The translations under genes and the position numbers were made by a program. Under the pieces are notes generated by a model that was not told where the DNA came from, made no database searches, and worked only from the letters and a program-made list of their open reading frames with translations. A DNA stretch of 64,000 nucleotides from Alphaproteobacteria bacterium (GTDB lineage: Bacteria; Pseudomonadota; Alphaproteobacteria; CALKHQ01): positions 544,001 through 608,000 of the forward strand of contig CBDDFZ010000002.1 of NCBI GenBank assembly GCA_965227515.1. The letters are read 5' to 3'. Positions within the stretch are counted from its first letter, which is position 1, and each line of letters starts with the position of its first letter. Shown here piece by piece: positions 49,480 to 59,580 of the stretch.

Positions 49480-50367
49480 ATGACACGCAAGACCGCCCAC
49501 GACTTCGACCAGGAACTGCTCGATCTTTATGACAAGTACGCGCACGGCATCATCGACCGGCGCAACTTCATGGACCGGGCCGCCAAGTTCGCTGTCGGCG
49601 GGCTGACCGTGACGGCGCTGGTGGACCAGCTGATGCCGCGCTATGCGCTGGCTGAGCAGGTGGCGCCCGACGACCCGTCGATCAGCGCCGACTACACCAC
49701 CTACAACTCGCCCGACGGCCACGGCGAGATTCGCGCCTATCTGGCGATGCCGGCCGATGCGTCCGGTCCGTTGCCGGGCGTGGTGGTGGTGCACGAGAAC
49801 CGCGGCCTGAACCCGTATATCGAGGATGTGGCGCGCCGGCTGGCGGTGGCCGGTTTCGTGGCGCTGGCGCCCGACGGTCTGACCCCGCTGGGCGGTTATC
49901 CCGGCAATGACGACGCCGGCCGCGAGATGCAGCGCGAGCTGGATGGCGACAAGCTGCGCAACGACTTCTTCGCCGCGTTCGAGAGCCTGCTGGCCCACGA
50001 GGCGACCACCGACAAGATCGGCGCCGTCGGCTTCTGTTATGGCGGCGGTATCTGCAACGCGCTGGCGGTGCAGTATCCGGGCCTGTCGGCCTCGGTACCG
50101 TTCTATGGCCGCCAGGCGGCGGCCGAGGACGTGCCGAAGATCCAGGCGCCGCTGATGCTGCACTACGCCGGGCTCGACGACCGCATCAACGAAGGCTGGC
50201 CAGCCTATGAGGCCGCGTTGATGGAGCATGGCAAGGAATACACCGCGCACTTCTATCCGGAGGTGAACCACGGCTTCCACAACGACACCACGCCCCGCTA
50301 CGACGCGGCGGCGGCGGAACTGGCGTGGGAGCGCACGATCGCCTTCTTCAACGAGAAGCTGGCCTGA
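49480..50367 (+). CDS. Dienelactone hydrolase family (YghX-like) protein
   Basis: [30 protein letters not shown]. Confidence 0.9.
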   Translation: MTRKTAHDFDQELLDLYDKYAHGIIDRRNFMDRAAKFAVGGLTVTALVDQLMPRYALAEQVAPDDPSISADYTTYNSPDGHGEIRAYLAMPADASGPLPGVVVVHENRGLNPYIEDVARRLAVAGFVALAPDGLTPLGGYPGNDDAGREMQRELDGDKLRNDFFAAFESLLAHEATTDKIGAVGFCYGGGICNALAVQYPGLSASVPFYGRQAAAEDVPKIQAPLMLHYAGLDDRINEGWPAYEAALMEHGKEYTAHFYPEVNHGFHNDTTPRYDAAAAELAWERTIAFFNEKLA

Positions 50368-50465
50368 TCCAGGCACTCCGTCCGGTACCCGGCAGGGTGC
50401 CGGACGACCTCGGCCACAACCGAAACAGCGGATGCCTAGATCGGGATCAGCTTTCGCTGAATCTG

Positions 50466-50540
50466 CACCAGCCCTCACCCCCACCCGGCCACCCACGAAA
50501 GTATTCTGTCTGGGTGGCCGGGTGGGGGTGAGGGCTGGTG
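50466..50540. repeat. Palindromic element with 30-bp perfect arms
   Basis: caccagccctcacccccacccggccaccca-N15-tgggtggccgggtgggggtgagggctggtg between convergent genes. Confidence 0.92.
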
Positions 50541-50559
50541 CCGACTGAAACGATCAGGC

Positions 50560-51771
50560 CTACTCGCCGCCGTGCCCGTGGTCCGGGTCGTCGGCATGGG
50601 CATCGTAGTGCTGCTGTAGCAGGTCGGCGCCGTAGTCGTTGCCGTTCGGGGTACGCACCACCGTGTGGATGTGATCGCGGGTCGGCACGTTGCGCGGCCC
50701 GCCCAGCGCGATCGGGCCCTGGTGGTCGAACTCGATCAGAATGACGGGGCTGTGGATGCGGTAGTAGAACGCCGCCTCCGCATCGGTGCCGCCGATCCAG
50801 GCGATGTAGGTTTCATCCAGGTGCGCCAAGACCTCGGTCATCTTCACCGCGGCGTGGCCGCCGTCCATGTTGCCGACATAGAGCATGATCAGGTCCAGCA
50901 GCAATGTCCTCTGGGTGTCGTCCATGTCGGCGGCCGGGAGCCCGGCGTAGGGCATGACGACGTTGTCCTTGAACATCTCGGTCTGGTTTTCCGACCGGCC
51001 CTCCTTCTCGCCCAGTATGGCCTGGTCGCGCTGTGCCGGCGTGAGCGCCTGCATGAGGTCGAGTGCCGCTGCCTGCTCGGCCTCAAGGATCGCGACGCCG
51101 GCATAGTCGCCCGACGTCGCGGTCACCGGTTCGGAGCCCATGAAGGTGGGCGTCATCACGATCTGGTCGCCCAGGACGAAGTAGTTGACGATCAGGTGGT
51201 GGCCCTCGATCTGCCAGCCCCACGGCTCGGTTGCCGACGGCGTGCCCATGATCGCCAGCCAGTACAGGTGCTCGCCATAGTCCTCGAAATCGGACACCAA
51301 CTCGGCCAGATGGTGGTTGAGCCGCATGATGTCGCGCGAGGTCTCGTATCCCTTGGCGCTGAGCGAGGCGCGGAGCAGGCCGTACGCCGCCTCGCGCTGG
51401 GCTTCGTCCATGGCGGCCAGCGACACGCCTTCGCGCGGGAAGCTGTGGATGTTGGCCCAGTTCCGCCAGGCGTCGGCATCGACCTGGAACTGGACCCTGG
51501 CCCGCTGATCCTCGTCGAGCGCCGCGATGAACGCATTCGCCGCGTCGACAACTGGCGCGGTGGAAACGCCGGTGCTCTCGATCCGGTAGAGGCCGTCTTC
51601 GGGCGTGCCATCGGTCGTGATCCCGACGAACGGTGTGGCCAGCGCCTCCTCGGCCATACCCTGCGGGTCGAAGCCGCCCTGTTGGGCGCAGGCGTGAAAC
51701 GCCACCAGGCTCAGTCCCAGGGTCAGCGTCGTGCCGGCGGCAAGCGTCGTCGTGCGGCGCGCGAAGGTCAT
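50560..51771 (-). CDS. Exported DUF3500-family protein
   Basis: WGWQIEGHHL, TPTFMG.EP, YYRIHSP.ILIEFD, HIHTVVRTPNGNDYG. Confidence 0.85.
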   Translation of the reverse strand: MTFARRTTTLAAGTTLTLGLSLVAFHACAQQGGFDPQGMAEEALATPFVGITTDGTPEDGLYRIESTGVSTAPVVDAANAFIAALDEDQRARVQFQVDADAWRNWANIHSFPREGVSLAAMDEAQREAAYGLLRASLSAKGYETSRDIMRLNHHLAELVSDFEDYGEHLYWLAIMGTPSATEPWGWQIEGHHLIVNYFVLGDQIVMTPTFMGSEPVTATSGDYAGVAILEAEQAAALDLMQALTPAQRDQAILGEKEGRSENQTEMFKDNVVMPYAGLPAADMDDTQRTLLLDLIMLYVGNMDGGHAAVKMTEVLAHLDETYIAWIGGTDAEAAFYYRIHSPVILIEFDHQGPIALGGPRNVPTRDHIHTVVRTPNGNDYGADLLQQHYDAHADDPDHGHGGE

Positions 51772-51787
51772 CTCGGGGTCTCCAATG

Positions 51788-52444
51788 TCAGGATGGGCGA
51801 ACGGATGCCGGCTGGCGTTGCGTGCGGCGGGGCCGCCCGTAGCGATGCCAAATGCGGTAGGCGCTGAGCGCGACCAGCGGCGCGAAGTGGACGATGGCGG
51901 CGGTCGGGCTGCCCCAGTTGTGCAGCGCCGCCCAGTGCACCAGGGTCAGCAGGGCGGCGACGTAGGTCAGCCGCTGCACCGGCTTCCACCAGCGGCCGAG
52001 CCTGCGCACGGCCCAGTCGGTGGACGTCGCGGCCAGCGGCAGGAAGATTACAAACGCGACCCATCCGGTCCAGATGTACAGCCGCTCCAGCTCGCCGACG
52101 ATGCGGTCGAGCTCGGCCTTGTCGATCAGGTAGAACAGCGTGTGCAGGGCCGCATACGCGAACGCGGCGACGCCGAAATAACGCCGGTTGCGGACCAGCC
52201 AGCGGGGACCGCGCCAGCCGCGCAGCAGCAGTGCCAGCGGTGTCGCGATCATGGCGACGATCAGCAGCCTGGCCGACGTTTCGCCGGACGGATGGACCAG
52301 GATGTGGAACACCCGCGGATTGTCCGACGCGACGGCGTCGTAGATCATCGGAAACGCGGGAATGGCGAGCAGCAGCCAGAGCAGGTAGGGCGAAACCCGG
52401 TCGGCCGCGCGCGTTATCGCGTGCCACGTGGTGGAGGTTTGCAT
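51788..52444 (-). CDS. MsrQ/YedZ-like heme-binding membrane protein (ferric reductase-like TM domain)
   Basis: TPL, RRYFGVAAF.YA.LH, PLAATS, WK..QRL.Y, LVH. Confidence 0.85.
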   Translation of the reverse strand: MQTSTTWHAITRAADRVSPYLLWLLLAIPAFPMIYDAVASDNPRVFHILVHPSGETSARLLIVAMIATPLALLLRGWRGPRWLVRNRRYFGVAAFAYAALHTLFYLIDKAELDRIVGELERLYIWTGWVAFVIFLPLAATSTDWAVRRLGRWWKPVQRLTYVAALLTLVHWAALHNWGSPTAAIVHFAPLVALSAYRIWHRYGRPRRTQRQPASVRPS

Positions 52445-52679
52445 GGGCGGGCCTGCGCTATCTTGGGTGCGGGCAGTATGGCGCCTGGCGTGTCGCAGAT
52501 GTTTGTCAGCCTGCATCGGGTTTGTATCGCCGTGTCCCAGGCCCCGCGTTTGAGACACCTTGATACATATTCCCCAGTGGCGCTGCCCGGCGCCTGCGCG
52601 GCACGGGCGCTAGGGGAGGGTCGTGGGGCGTGCTATGGTCCTGTCTCGGTTGTGGCTGATGGATGAGGGGTGGCGTGTC

Positions 52680-53588
52680 ATGGACTTTTCGCGTGTCGGG
52701 TTGCGGGCGGCCATGCTGGGCATGACCGCGGCATTGGCCATGCCCACGGTGGCCGCGCCGGCTGCGGCTGGCGAGCAGGTGATCACCCTGGAGAACGAGG
52801 GCCAGCGCGTGATGGCGACGCTGGAGACGCCCGACAGCGGCGGTCCGGCGCCGGTCGTGCTGCTGCTGCACGGCTTCACCGGCACCCGCGACGAGCTGCC
52901 GATCCAGGACACCGACGAGGGCGTGTTCTCGCGGACCGCCCGCGTGCTGGCCGAGGCCGGCTACGCCAGCCTCCGCATCGACTTTCGCGGCTCGGGCGAG
53001 AGCGGCGGCATGTGGGAGGACACCACGTTCTCCGGCCAGGTGTCGGACGCGGTGATGGCCATCGACCACCTCGCCGGGCACCCAGAAGTCGACGGCAGCC
53101 GGATCGCCATTCTCGGCTGGAGCCAGGGCGGCCTTGTCGGCGCGCTGGCGGCGCAGGCCCGCCCCGACGTGAAAGCGGTCATCCTGTGGGCGCCGGTGGT
53201 GGAGCCCCGGCGCACCTTCGGCGACCTGTTCGGCGACGATTTCATCGAGTCAGCGCTGGTCGCGGCACCGGACGAGGTGATGACGGCGGCCCTGCCGTGG
53301 GGTGTCGACACCAAGCTGCGCGCCGCGTTCTTCCGGGAGTTCGCGACCACCAGCCCCGGCGACGCGATTGCCGACTATCCCGGCCCGCTGCTGGTGATCG
53401 CCGGCAGCAACGACACCGTGGTGGCGCCGCAGCCTGAAACCAGCCAGATCCTGATCGACTACCACGAGGGCGCCGAGGACCTGGTGATCTTCGAGACCGA
53501 TCACGTTTGGGATGCGTTCTCCGGCCCGGCGATGCTGGATGAGAACATGATCCCGACGACGATTGCGTGGCTGGCGCAGCATCTCTAG
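52680..53588 (+). CDS. Exported alpha/beta hydrolase
   Basis: LLHGFTG, DFRGSGES, GWSQGG, D/H triad candidates. Confidence 0.85.
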   Translation: MDFSRVGLRAAMLGMTAALAMPTVAAPAAAGEQVITLENEGQRVMATLETPDSGGPAPVVLLLHGFTGTRDELPIQDTDEGVFSRTARVLAEAGYASLRIDFRGSGESGGMWEDTTFSGQVSDAVMAIDHLAGHPEVDGSRIAILGWSQGGLVGALAAQARPDVKAVILWAPVVEPRRTFGDLFGDDFIESALVAAPDEVMTAALPWGVDTKLRAAFFREFATTSPGDAIADYPGPLLVIAGSNDTVVAPQPETSQILIDYHEGAEDLVIFETDHVWDAFSGPAMLDENMIPTTIAWLAQHL

Positions 53589-53671
53589 GAGGCGAGCTCG
53601 CCTCGACGCTTGTTTACTGATCCCGCACCGCGGACTCGTCGTCTGCACGGTTGTGCGCATGCAACTTATCC

Positions 53672-53787
53672 CGTCATGCCCGCACTTGTGGAGCCTGCCC
53701 TCGGACTTGTTCCGAGGGGGCATCCACGAGATGGGCGCCTTAGCGGCCAACAAGACGTGGATGGTCGGGACAAGCCCGACCATGACG
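53672..53787. repeat. REP doublet (CGTCATG family) with nested hairpin
   Basis: Near-identical to 40801-40915. Confidence 0.88.
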
Positions 53788-53873
53788 ATGTGTCTTGGCT
53801 TTTCGGCGCCAGGCGACGTCGGCCTGCTTGCCGGGCCGCGTGGGGATTACCTCTGAATTGGCGGTCGCCCGAT

Positions 53874-54923
53874 CTAACCCTTCCAGTCCACCGCGACGAT
53901 GGCGACCGGGTCGCCTGTTTCGACCCGGCCGGCGCCGCGGGTGCACCACAGCATGCCCGTCGCGCCATAGGCGACGTCCGCCGGTGCGCGGTCCGGCGTC
54001 TCGATGAAATGGACCGCGCCGGCATGGGCGCCTTTTTCGACCGTAGCCCCCAGGGCGTCGGCCGGCTCGAACACGCCGGGCGACGGCGCGAAGGTGAACG
54101 CATCCAGGGTCGGGATCTCGACCAGCCGGGTCGGGCCGGGTGCCGGCAGCGGGGCGGCGCGCAGCACACCGGTATGGACCAGGATGTTGTGGGCGGCGCG
54201 TTCGGCCACCGCCAACGCCGTGCGCTGCACGATGCCCGCACCGCCGAACTCGCTGGCGATGGTCAGGATGCCGCGCTTGGCCGCCACCGCCGACAGGGTG
54301 CGGGTCTCGTCGACGCTGCGCAGGAACATATGGGTTGGTGCGGCCGCCGCCTTCGCCAGCGCGGTCACCCGCGCCATGCGTTCAGGGTCGGCGTGATGGT
54401 GGCAGGTGGTCGACGGCGCGATGTTGAGCCCGCGCCCGCCGGAGTGAATGTCGAACAGCACATCGACATGGGGCAGCACGACGCTGGTCACGTAGTGCGC
54501 CAGCACGTCGGCGAAGGTGCCGTTGGCAGCACCCGGGAAACAGCGGTTGAGGTCGCGGCCGTCCAGCGGCGACATCCGCCGCCCGGCCATCGCCGCCGGG
54601 AAATGCAGCGCCGGGATCATGATGACGCGGCCCTGCACGTCCTCCGGCTGCAGCCGGCGGGCGAGCTTCATCAGGGTGATCTGGCCCTCGTACTCGTCGC
54701 CGTGCATGGCGCCGGTCATCAGCACGGTGGGGCCGGTGCCGTTGGCGACCACCACGATCGGCACGCTGATGGTGCCCCAGCCCGACAGGTCGTTGGAATT
54801 CGGCACCCTGAGCACGGTGACCTGCTTGCCCTGGCCGGCGAAGTCGACGTCGCTGAAGACCTTGCTGGCCGCCGTTTCGCTTGCAGGTGCGGCGGTGTCG
54901 CCGTGGATCGGTGCATCAGCCAT
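53874..54923 (-). CDS. Succinylglutamate desuccinylase/aspartoacylase family deacylase (DoeB-like)
   Basis: HGDEYEG, DLNRCFPG, DIHSGG, EFGG. Confidence 0.87.
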   Translation of the reverse strand: MADAPIHGDTAAPASETAASKVFSDVDFAGQGKQVTVLRVPNSNDLSGWGTISVPIVVVANGTGPTVLMTGAMHGDEYEGQITLMKLARRLQPEDVQGRVIMIPALHFPAAMAGRRMSPLDGRDLNRCFPGAANGTFADVLAHYVTSVVLPHVDVLFDIHSGGRGLNIAPSTTCHHHADPERMARVTALAKAAAAPTHMFLRSVDETRTLSAVAAKRGILTIASEFGGAGIVQRTALAVAERAAHNILVHTGVLRAAPLPAPGPTRLVEIPTLDAFTFAPSPGVFEPADALGATVEKGAHAGAVHFIETPDRAPADVAYGATGMLWCTRGAGRVETGDPVAIVAVDWKG

Positions 54924-55178
54924 GGTCGTGCGGCAATCTCATGCAAGGGTGTTCAGAAAAAGGCGCGTCCAACCGGCGCGGCGCGGGGTAGTGCCAGCGC
55001 GGCGCATCCGGTCTATGATAGCACCGCAATTCGATAATCAAATCGCCACGCCACCTTAGGCAAACGGAAATCCTGGCCGCCGCACGACGCGGTGACGGTG
55101 CCTCTTGTCCGCAAAAGTCCTGCGCGGATGCCGGGGCGCGATCCGAAATCCGGCCGTGGCACTAGGAGGAAACCCTAC

Positions 55179-56213
55179 GTGACGAACCCGCATCTCACCG
55201 ACTATCGCAACCTTGGCCGCTGCGGCATGAGGGTCTCACCGCTGTGCCTGGGCACCATGATGTTCGGCGGGCGCACCAACGAGGCCGACAGCCGCGCCAT
55301 CATCGACCATGCCCGCGCCCAGGGCGTGAACTTCATCGACACCGCCGACCAGTACAACGACGGCGAGTCGGAGCGCGTGGTCGGCAAGGCCATCGCCAAC
55401 GAGCGCGACCACTGGATCGTCGCGACCAAGGTCGCCAATCCGATGGGCACCGGCCCGAACGACGAAGGGCTGTCGAAGCGCTACATCCTGCAGGCGGCCG
55501 AAGCCTCGCTCGACCGGATGGGGATGGACTTCGTCGACATCTACTACCTGCACAAGGAGGACCTGAGCACGCCGCTGGACGAGACCCTGAGCGCGGTCGC
55601 CGACCTGCTGGCCCAGGGCATGATCCGCCACTTCGGCGTCTCCAACTTCCGCTCCTGGCGGATCGCGGAGATCGTGCGGCTGTGCGACGCCCACGGGATG
55701 GAACGCCCGGTGGTGACCCAGCCCTACTACAACATGATGAACCGGATGCCGGAGGTGGAGCAGCTTCCGGTCGCCCAGCACTACGGGCTTGGCATCGTGC
55801 CCTACAGCCCGCTGGCGCGCGGCGTGCTGACCGGCAAGTACAGCAACGATGCCGCGCCGCCCGCCGACAGCCGGGCCGCCGCCAAGGATGTGCGCATCCT
55901 GGAAACCGAGTGGCGGCCGGAGTCCATCGAGATCGCCCAGAAGGTGAAGGCGCGGGCCGAGGCGGCCGGTGTCTCGCCCGGCCATTTCGCGGTGCAGTGG
56001 GTGCGCAACAACGCGCTGGTGACCTCCGTCCTGGCCGGGCCGCGCACCATGGAACAGTGGGAGGACTACGTGAAGGCGCTGGACTACACGTTCACCGCCG
56101 ATGACGAGACCTTCGTCGACGGGCTGGTCGCGCCCGGCCACCCCTCCACCCCCGGGTACACCGACCCGCGCTATCCGCTGGAAGGGCGGGTCGCGCGCAC
56201 CAGCGCGGAGTAG
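55179..56213 (+). CDS. Aldo/keto reductase
   Basis: LCLGTMMFG, NFIDTAD.Y, ATK, YSPLARGVLTGKY; AGGAGG RBS before GTG. Confidence 0.93.
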   Translation: MTNPHLTDYRNLGRCGMRVSPLCLGTMMFGGRTNEADSRAIIDHARAQGVNFIDTADQYNDGESERVVGKAIANERDHWIVATKVANPMGTGPNDEGLSKRYILQAAEASLDRMGMDFVDIYYLHKEDLSTPLDETLSAVADLLAQGMIRHFGVSNFRSWRIAEIVRLCDAHGMERPVVTQPYYNMMNRMPEVEQLPVAQHYGLGIVPYSPLARGVLTGKYSNDAAPPADSRAAAKDVRILETEWRPESIEIAQKVKARAEAAGVSPGHFAVQWVRNNALVTSVLAGPRTMEQWEDYVKALDYTFTADDETFVDGLVAPGHPSTPGYTDPRYPLEGRVARTSAE

Positions 56214-56218
56214 CGTTC

Positions 56219-57079
56219 ATGCCCAACTTCCCGATCGTCGACACCCACGTCCACCTCTACGACATCCACCACCTCGACTACCCGCTGATCCGAACCATGC
56301 CGGGGCTCGACCGCTCTTTCCTGATGAGCGATTTCGATGAGCACCGCGGCCCGGTGGAGGTCGAAGGGATCGTGTTCGCCGAGGTGGCGGTGGCGCCCGG
56401 CCAGCACGTGGACGAGGCGGCATGGGTGCAGGCGATTGCTGACGAGGATTCGCGGCTGAAGGGCATCGTCGCCCACGCACCGCTGGAGAAGGGAGCGGCG
56501 GTCGAGGAAGACCTGGTCAAGCTGAAGCAGAACGCCGCCATGGTCGGCATCCGCCGGCTGATCGAGATCGAGGCCGATCCCACCTTCGTGTTGGCGCCGG
56601 ACTTCCTGGACGGCGTCAAGCTGCTGCCGAAGCACGGGCTGGTGTTCGACATCTGCGTGAAGAGCTGGCAGATGGCCTATGCCATCGAGCTGGTCGACCG
56701 CTGCCCCGAGGTCAGGTTCGTGCTCGACCACATCGGCAAGCCCGACATCCGCAATGGGCTGAAGGAGCCATGGTGGGGCCAGATCCAGCAGCTCGCCAAG
56801 CGGCCGAACGTGACGGTGAAGTTGTCAGGCGTCATCACCGAGGCGAAGTGGGACAGCTGGCAGCCCGACGACGTGAAGCCCTATGTCGCCCACGTCATCG
56901 AGAGCTTCGGCCTCGACCGGGTGATGTACGGGTCGGACTGGTCGGTCTCCACCATTACCCACCCCTATCCGCAGTGGGTCGCGATCATCGACGAGCTGCT
57001 CGCCGGTTCGACCGAGGAGGAGCAGCGCAAGGTGTTCCGCGACAACGCGATCCGCGCCTACGGCCTGGATATGGTGTAG
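56219..57079 (+). CDS. Amidohydrolase_2 family protein (sugar-lactonase-like)
   Basis: DTHVH, LDHIGKP, KLSG, MYGSDW. Confidence 0.9.
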   Translation: MPNFPIVDTHVHLYDIHHLDYPLIRTMPGLDRSFLMSDFDEHRGPVEVEGIVFAEVAVAPGQHVDEAAWVQAIADEDSRLKGIVAHAPLEKGAAVEEDLVKLKQNAAMVGIRRLIEIEADPTFVLAPDFLDGVKLLPKHGLVFDICVKSWQMAYAIELVDRCPEVRFVLDHIGKPDIRNGLKEPWWGQIQQLAKRPNVTVKLSGVITEAKWDSWQPDDVKPYVAHVIESFGLDRVMYGSDWSVSTITHPYPQWVAIIDELLAGSTEEEQRKVFRDNAIRAYGLDMV

Positions 57080-57136
57080 CGGCGGTTTCTAACACCTCGG
57101 CGGTATCATCACCATTGGTTGAGCCCAAACCATGAC

Positions 57137-57226
57137 CGTCATGCCCGCACTTGTTGCGGGCATCCACGTCTTTCATCGACCGCCGCAGATAAGACGTGGA
57201 TGGTCGGGACAAGCCCGACCATGACG
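57137..57226. repeat. REP doublet (CGTCATG family)
   Basis: Same arms as 30803-30889. Confidence 0.9.
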
Positions 57227-57260
57227 ATATTGGATAGTTTCAAACCGACCCTGGTCAGAG

Positions 57261-58127
57261 CTACTCCGCCGCGGTGGCCACGTCGTAGATCGGGTTGTCG
57301 TCCTGCGGTGCCAGGTCGTCGTCGGCCGGCTCCGGGTTGTGGGTCCACCAGCCGGTGGTGTCCTCGCCGCGCGCCAGCACTGCGCGGCCGGCATAGTGCG
57401 GGTCGAGCGGCTTTGAGGCCCCCGGCGCGCAATAGCGGATGGTAAGCCCGCAACGCCGGCGGTCCGACAGATTGCCCACCGAGCCATGGGCCAGCATGTC
57501 GGCATGCAGCGACATGGAGCCCGCCGGCAGCACGTTGGCGACCGGCGTGCCGAATGACTCGGTGTCGGCCAGTTCCTGGCCCAGCACAACATTCGGATCG
57601 TCGCTCTGCCGCCACGGCAGCGGCCCCTGCCGGTGGCTGCCGGGCAGGAACAGCATCGGCGCGTTCTCGTCGTCGGTATCGTCGATGGCGAGCCACACCG
57701 TCACCGTGCGCGCCGGCGACATGAACCAGTAGGACGCATCCTGGTGGAACGGTACCGGCCGGTTGTCGTGCGGCATCTTGCAGAAATAGTGCGACGCCCA
57801 GGCGATCAGGTTCGGGCCGGCGATGTCGGCGACGATGTCGGTGATGCGCGGGTCGCGGACCAGGTTCCAAATCGTGCGCGCCCGGTGCTGGTAGCAGTTG
57901 ATGGCGTAGCTGTCGCGCCCGTCGCCATAGGAGGCGAGCGTGTCGAACAGGGCGTCGGTCTCGGCCCGGATGCGGGCGATCTCGGCGGCATCGAACACCG
58001 GGATCGGCGAGATGAAACCACGTTCGTTGTAGTGGTCGATCTGCGCCTGGGTCAGGTGGCGCGGGGTCGGGTTTGAGATCGGCTGGAAGCTGAGGTCGCG
58101 TTCGGGCTGCATCGTCGGGTCCGGCAT
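57261..58127 (-). CDS. Phytanoyl-CoA dioxygenase family Fe(II)/2OG enzyme
   Basis: FHQD (HxD), WLAIDD...N, PGSH, H..HGS..N.S.RRR. Confidence 0.88.
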   Translation of the reverse strand: MPDPTMQPERDLSFQPISNPTPRHLTQAQIDHYNERGFISPIPVFDAAEIARIRAETDALFDTLASYGDGRDSYAINCYQHRARTIWNLVRDPRITDIVADIAGPNLIAWASHYFCKMPHDNRPVPFHQDASYWFMSPARTVTVWLAIDDTDDENAPMLFLPGSHRQGPLPWRQSDDPNVVLGQELADTESFGTPVANVLPAGSMSLHADMLAHGSVGNLSDRRRCGLTIRYCAPGASKPLDPHYAGRAVLARGEDTTGWWTHNPEPADDDLAPQDDNPIYDVATAAE

Positions 58128-58266
58128 GGCGTTGTTTGGACCAGAGTATCGACGAACCCCGGGGCATCTTCAACGCCGCGCCGTTGCCCCGGAATTGCCC
58201 AGAACATTTCCATGGCAGATTTCGACCACCTTCGCGAGGGACATCAACGTGAAGGAGGACGATCCG

Positions 58267-58614
58267 ATGTCGATGAAATCCATCGCGGTGGGGGCCGCCC
58301 TGCTGACCGCCGCGGCCAGCCCGGCGCTTGCCGAGTCTTGCGGCCACGATGTTTCGTGCGACGCCGACGGCCAGTGCACGATCTGCTGGGATACCAAAGA
58401 CGGTGTGGAGTGCGCCGAAGACAGCATCGGCTTTGTTGCCGATTTCATCCCGGCCTGCCTCGGCCTGCCGCGCGACGGCGTGGTCGAGACCGCGATACCG
58501 CTGGCGCCGTTCCGCCAGTTCGAGCTGCCGGACACGCGGATACCCACGTTCGAAATCGTGACACCCACGCCGACACCTCTACCCGCGAACCCGGACGGAT
58601 CATATGGCGGCTGA
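58267..58614 (+). CDS. Small exported Cys-rich protein
   Basis: AAGGAGG RBS, signal peptide ending ALA, six Cys (C..CDADGQCTIC..C..C), Pro/Thr-rich tail. Confidence 0.75.
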   Translation: MSMKSIAVGAALLTAAASPALAESCGHDVSCDADGQCTICWDTKDGVECAEDSIGFVADFIPACLGLPRDGVVETAIPLAPFRQFELPDTRIPTFEIVTPTPTPLPANPDGSYGG

Positions 58615-58999
58615 TCCCAGCGGAGGTTGAATCCGGCGGCGTCTGATCCTGGCGGCGCAGGTAGCGCAAGGATCGGGGCTTTGCCCGCATACGCCGCCTC
58701 GCCTGGCTGCCTGGCAATAACATTGCCCTGGCAGCGGGCAAAATGGCCGGTTTCTGTCGACGAGGGCGTGTTAATATTTCTGAAAGTTTCACAGTCGGCC
58801 GGAACAAGAAAATCAACGTTAGTCACACTCACCACTTGATTTTTCCTGCGCGATGCCCAATTGTGTTTTGGCGTTTTACAGTCGTTTTTGCGTGTCCGTT
58901 GATCCCGCTGGGGATCGCTCGATCATCCTGAACATTGTGAACGTTTCGGGGGCGGCCGTGCACTTCGTGCGGCGGCCCGTTGTATCTTGTGTGAAAGGA

Positions 59000-59215
59000 A
59001 TGACCGTGACTCACGGAACCGTAAAGTTTTTCAACGCGACCAAAGGCTATGGCTTCATCCAGCCGGACGATGGCGGCAATGACGCTTTCGTCCATATCTC
59101 CGCAGTGGAGCGCGCAGGGATGAGCAGCCTGAACGAAGGCCAGAAGGTCTCGTACGAGCTGGAAGCTCAGCGCAATGGGAAGATGGCTGCGACCAACCTG
59201 GTCGCTCAGGACTGA
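59000..59215 (+). CDS. cspA: Cold-shock protein
   Basis: GTVKFFN..KGYGFI (RNP1), FVHISA (RNP2); start ATG 59000 or GTG 59006. Confidence 0.95.
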   Translation: MTVTHGTVKFFNATKGYGFIQPDDGGNDAFVHISAVERAGMSSLNEGQKVSYELEAQRNGKMAATNLVAQD

Positions 59216-59222
59216 TCCCAGA

Positions 59223-59248
59223 CGGGCGGCGACCTCGGTCGCCGCCCG
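59223..59248 (+). terminator. Strong hairpin after cspA (terminator or mRNA stabiliser)
   Basis: cgggcggcgacc-tc-ggtcgccgcccg; no clear U tract. Confidence 0.5.
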
Positions 59249-59328
59249 AATTGTATGGGCCATGCGACAAGGCGGTCCTATGTAGCATTGCTGAACTCGC
59301 AGGTGGCCAAGCCACGGAAGGGCATTCC

Positions 59329-59580
59329 ATGTCGGCATCGGCCCGCAGCAAAGCGGAGCAGAAATTCGCCAACCTGACCCGAAAGGACACTGAGGCGCGC
59401 AAAGAGCGCGAACGCGCCTACAACGCCGGGCAGGAAAAAACGGCTCGCCTTCGTGCGCTGAGATTGGCCAAGGAAGCCGCCGACAAAGAGGCCGCGGAAA
59501 AGGAGGCGGCCAACGAGGAACTGGCGGCCGCCAAGGGACCGAAGGCCACGAAACGCAAGCCTGCGAAACCGACGGCGTGA
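59329..59580 (+). CDS. Small basic coiled-coil hypothetical protein
   Basis: EKTARLRALRLAKEAA motif; stop overlaps the desaturase start (GTGA). Confidence 0.75.
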   Translation: MSASARSKAEQKFANLTRKDTEARKERERAYNAGQEKTARLRALRLAKEAADKEAAEKEAANEELAAAKGPKATKRKPAKPTA

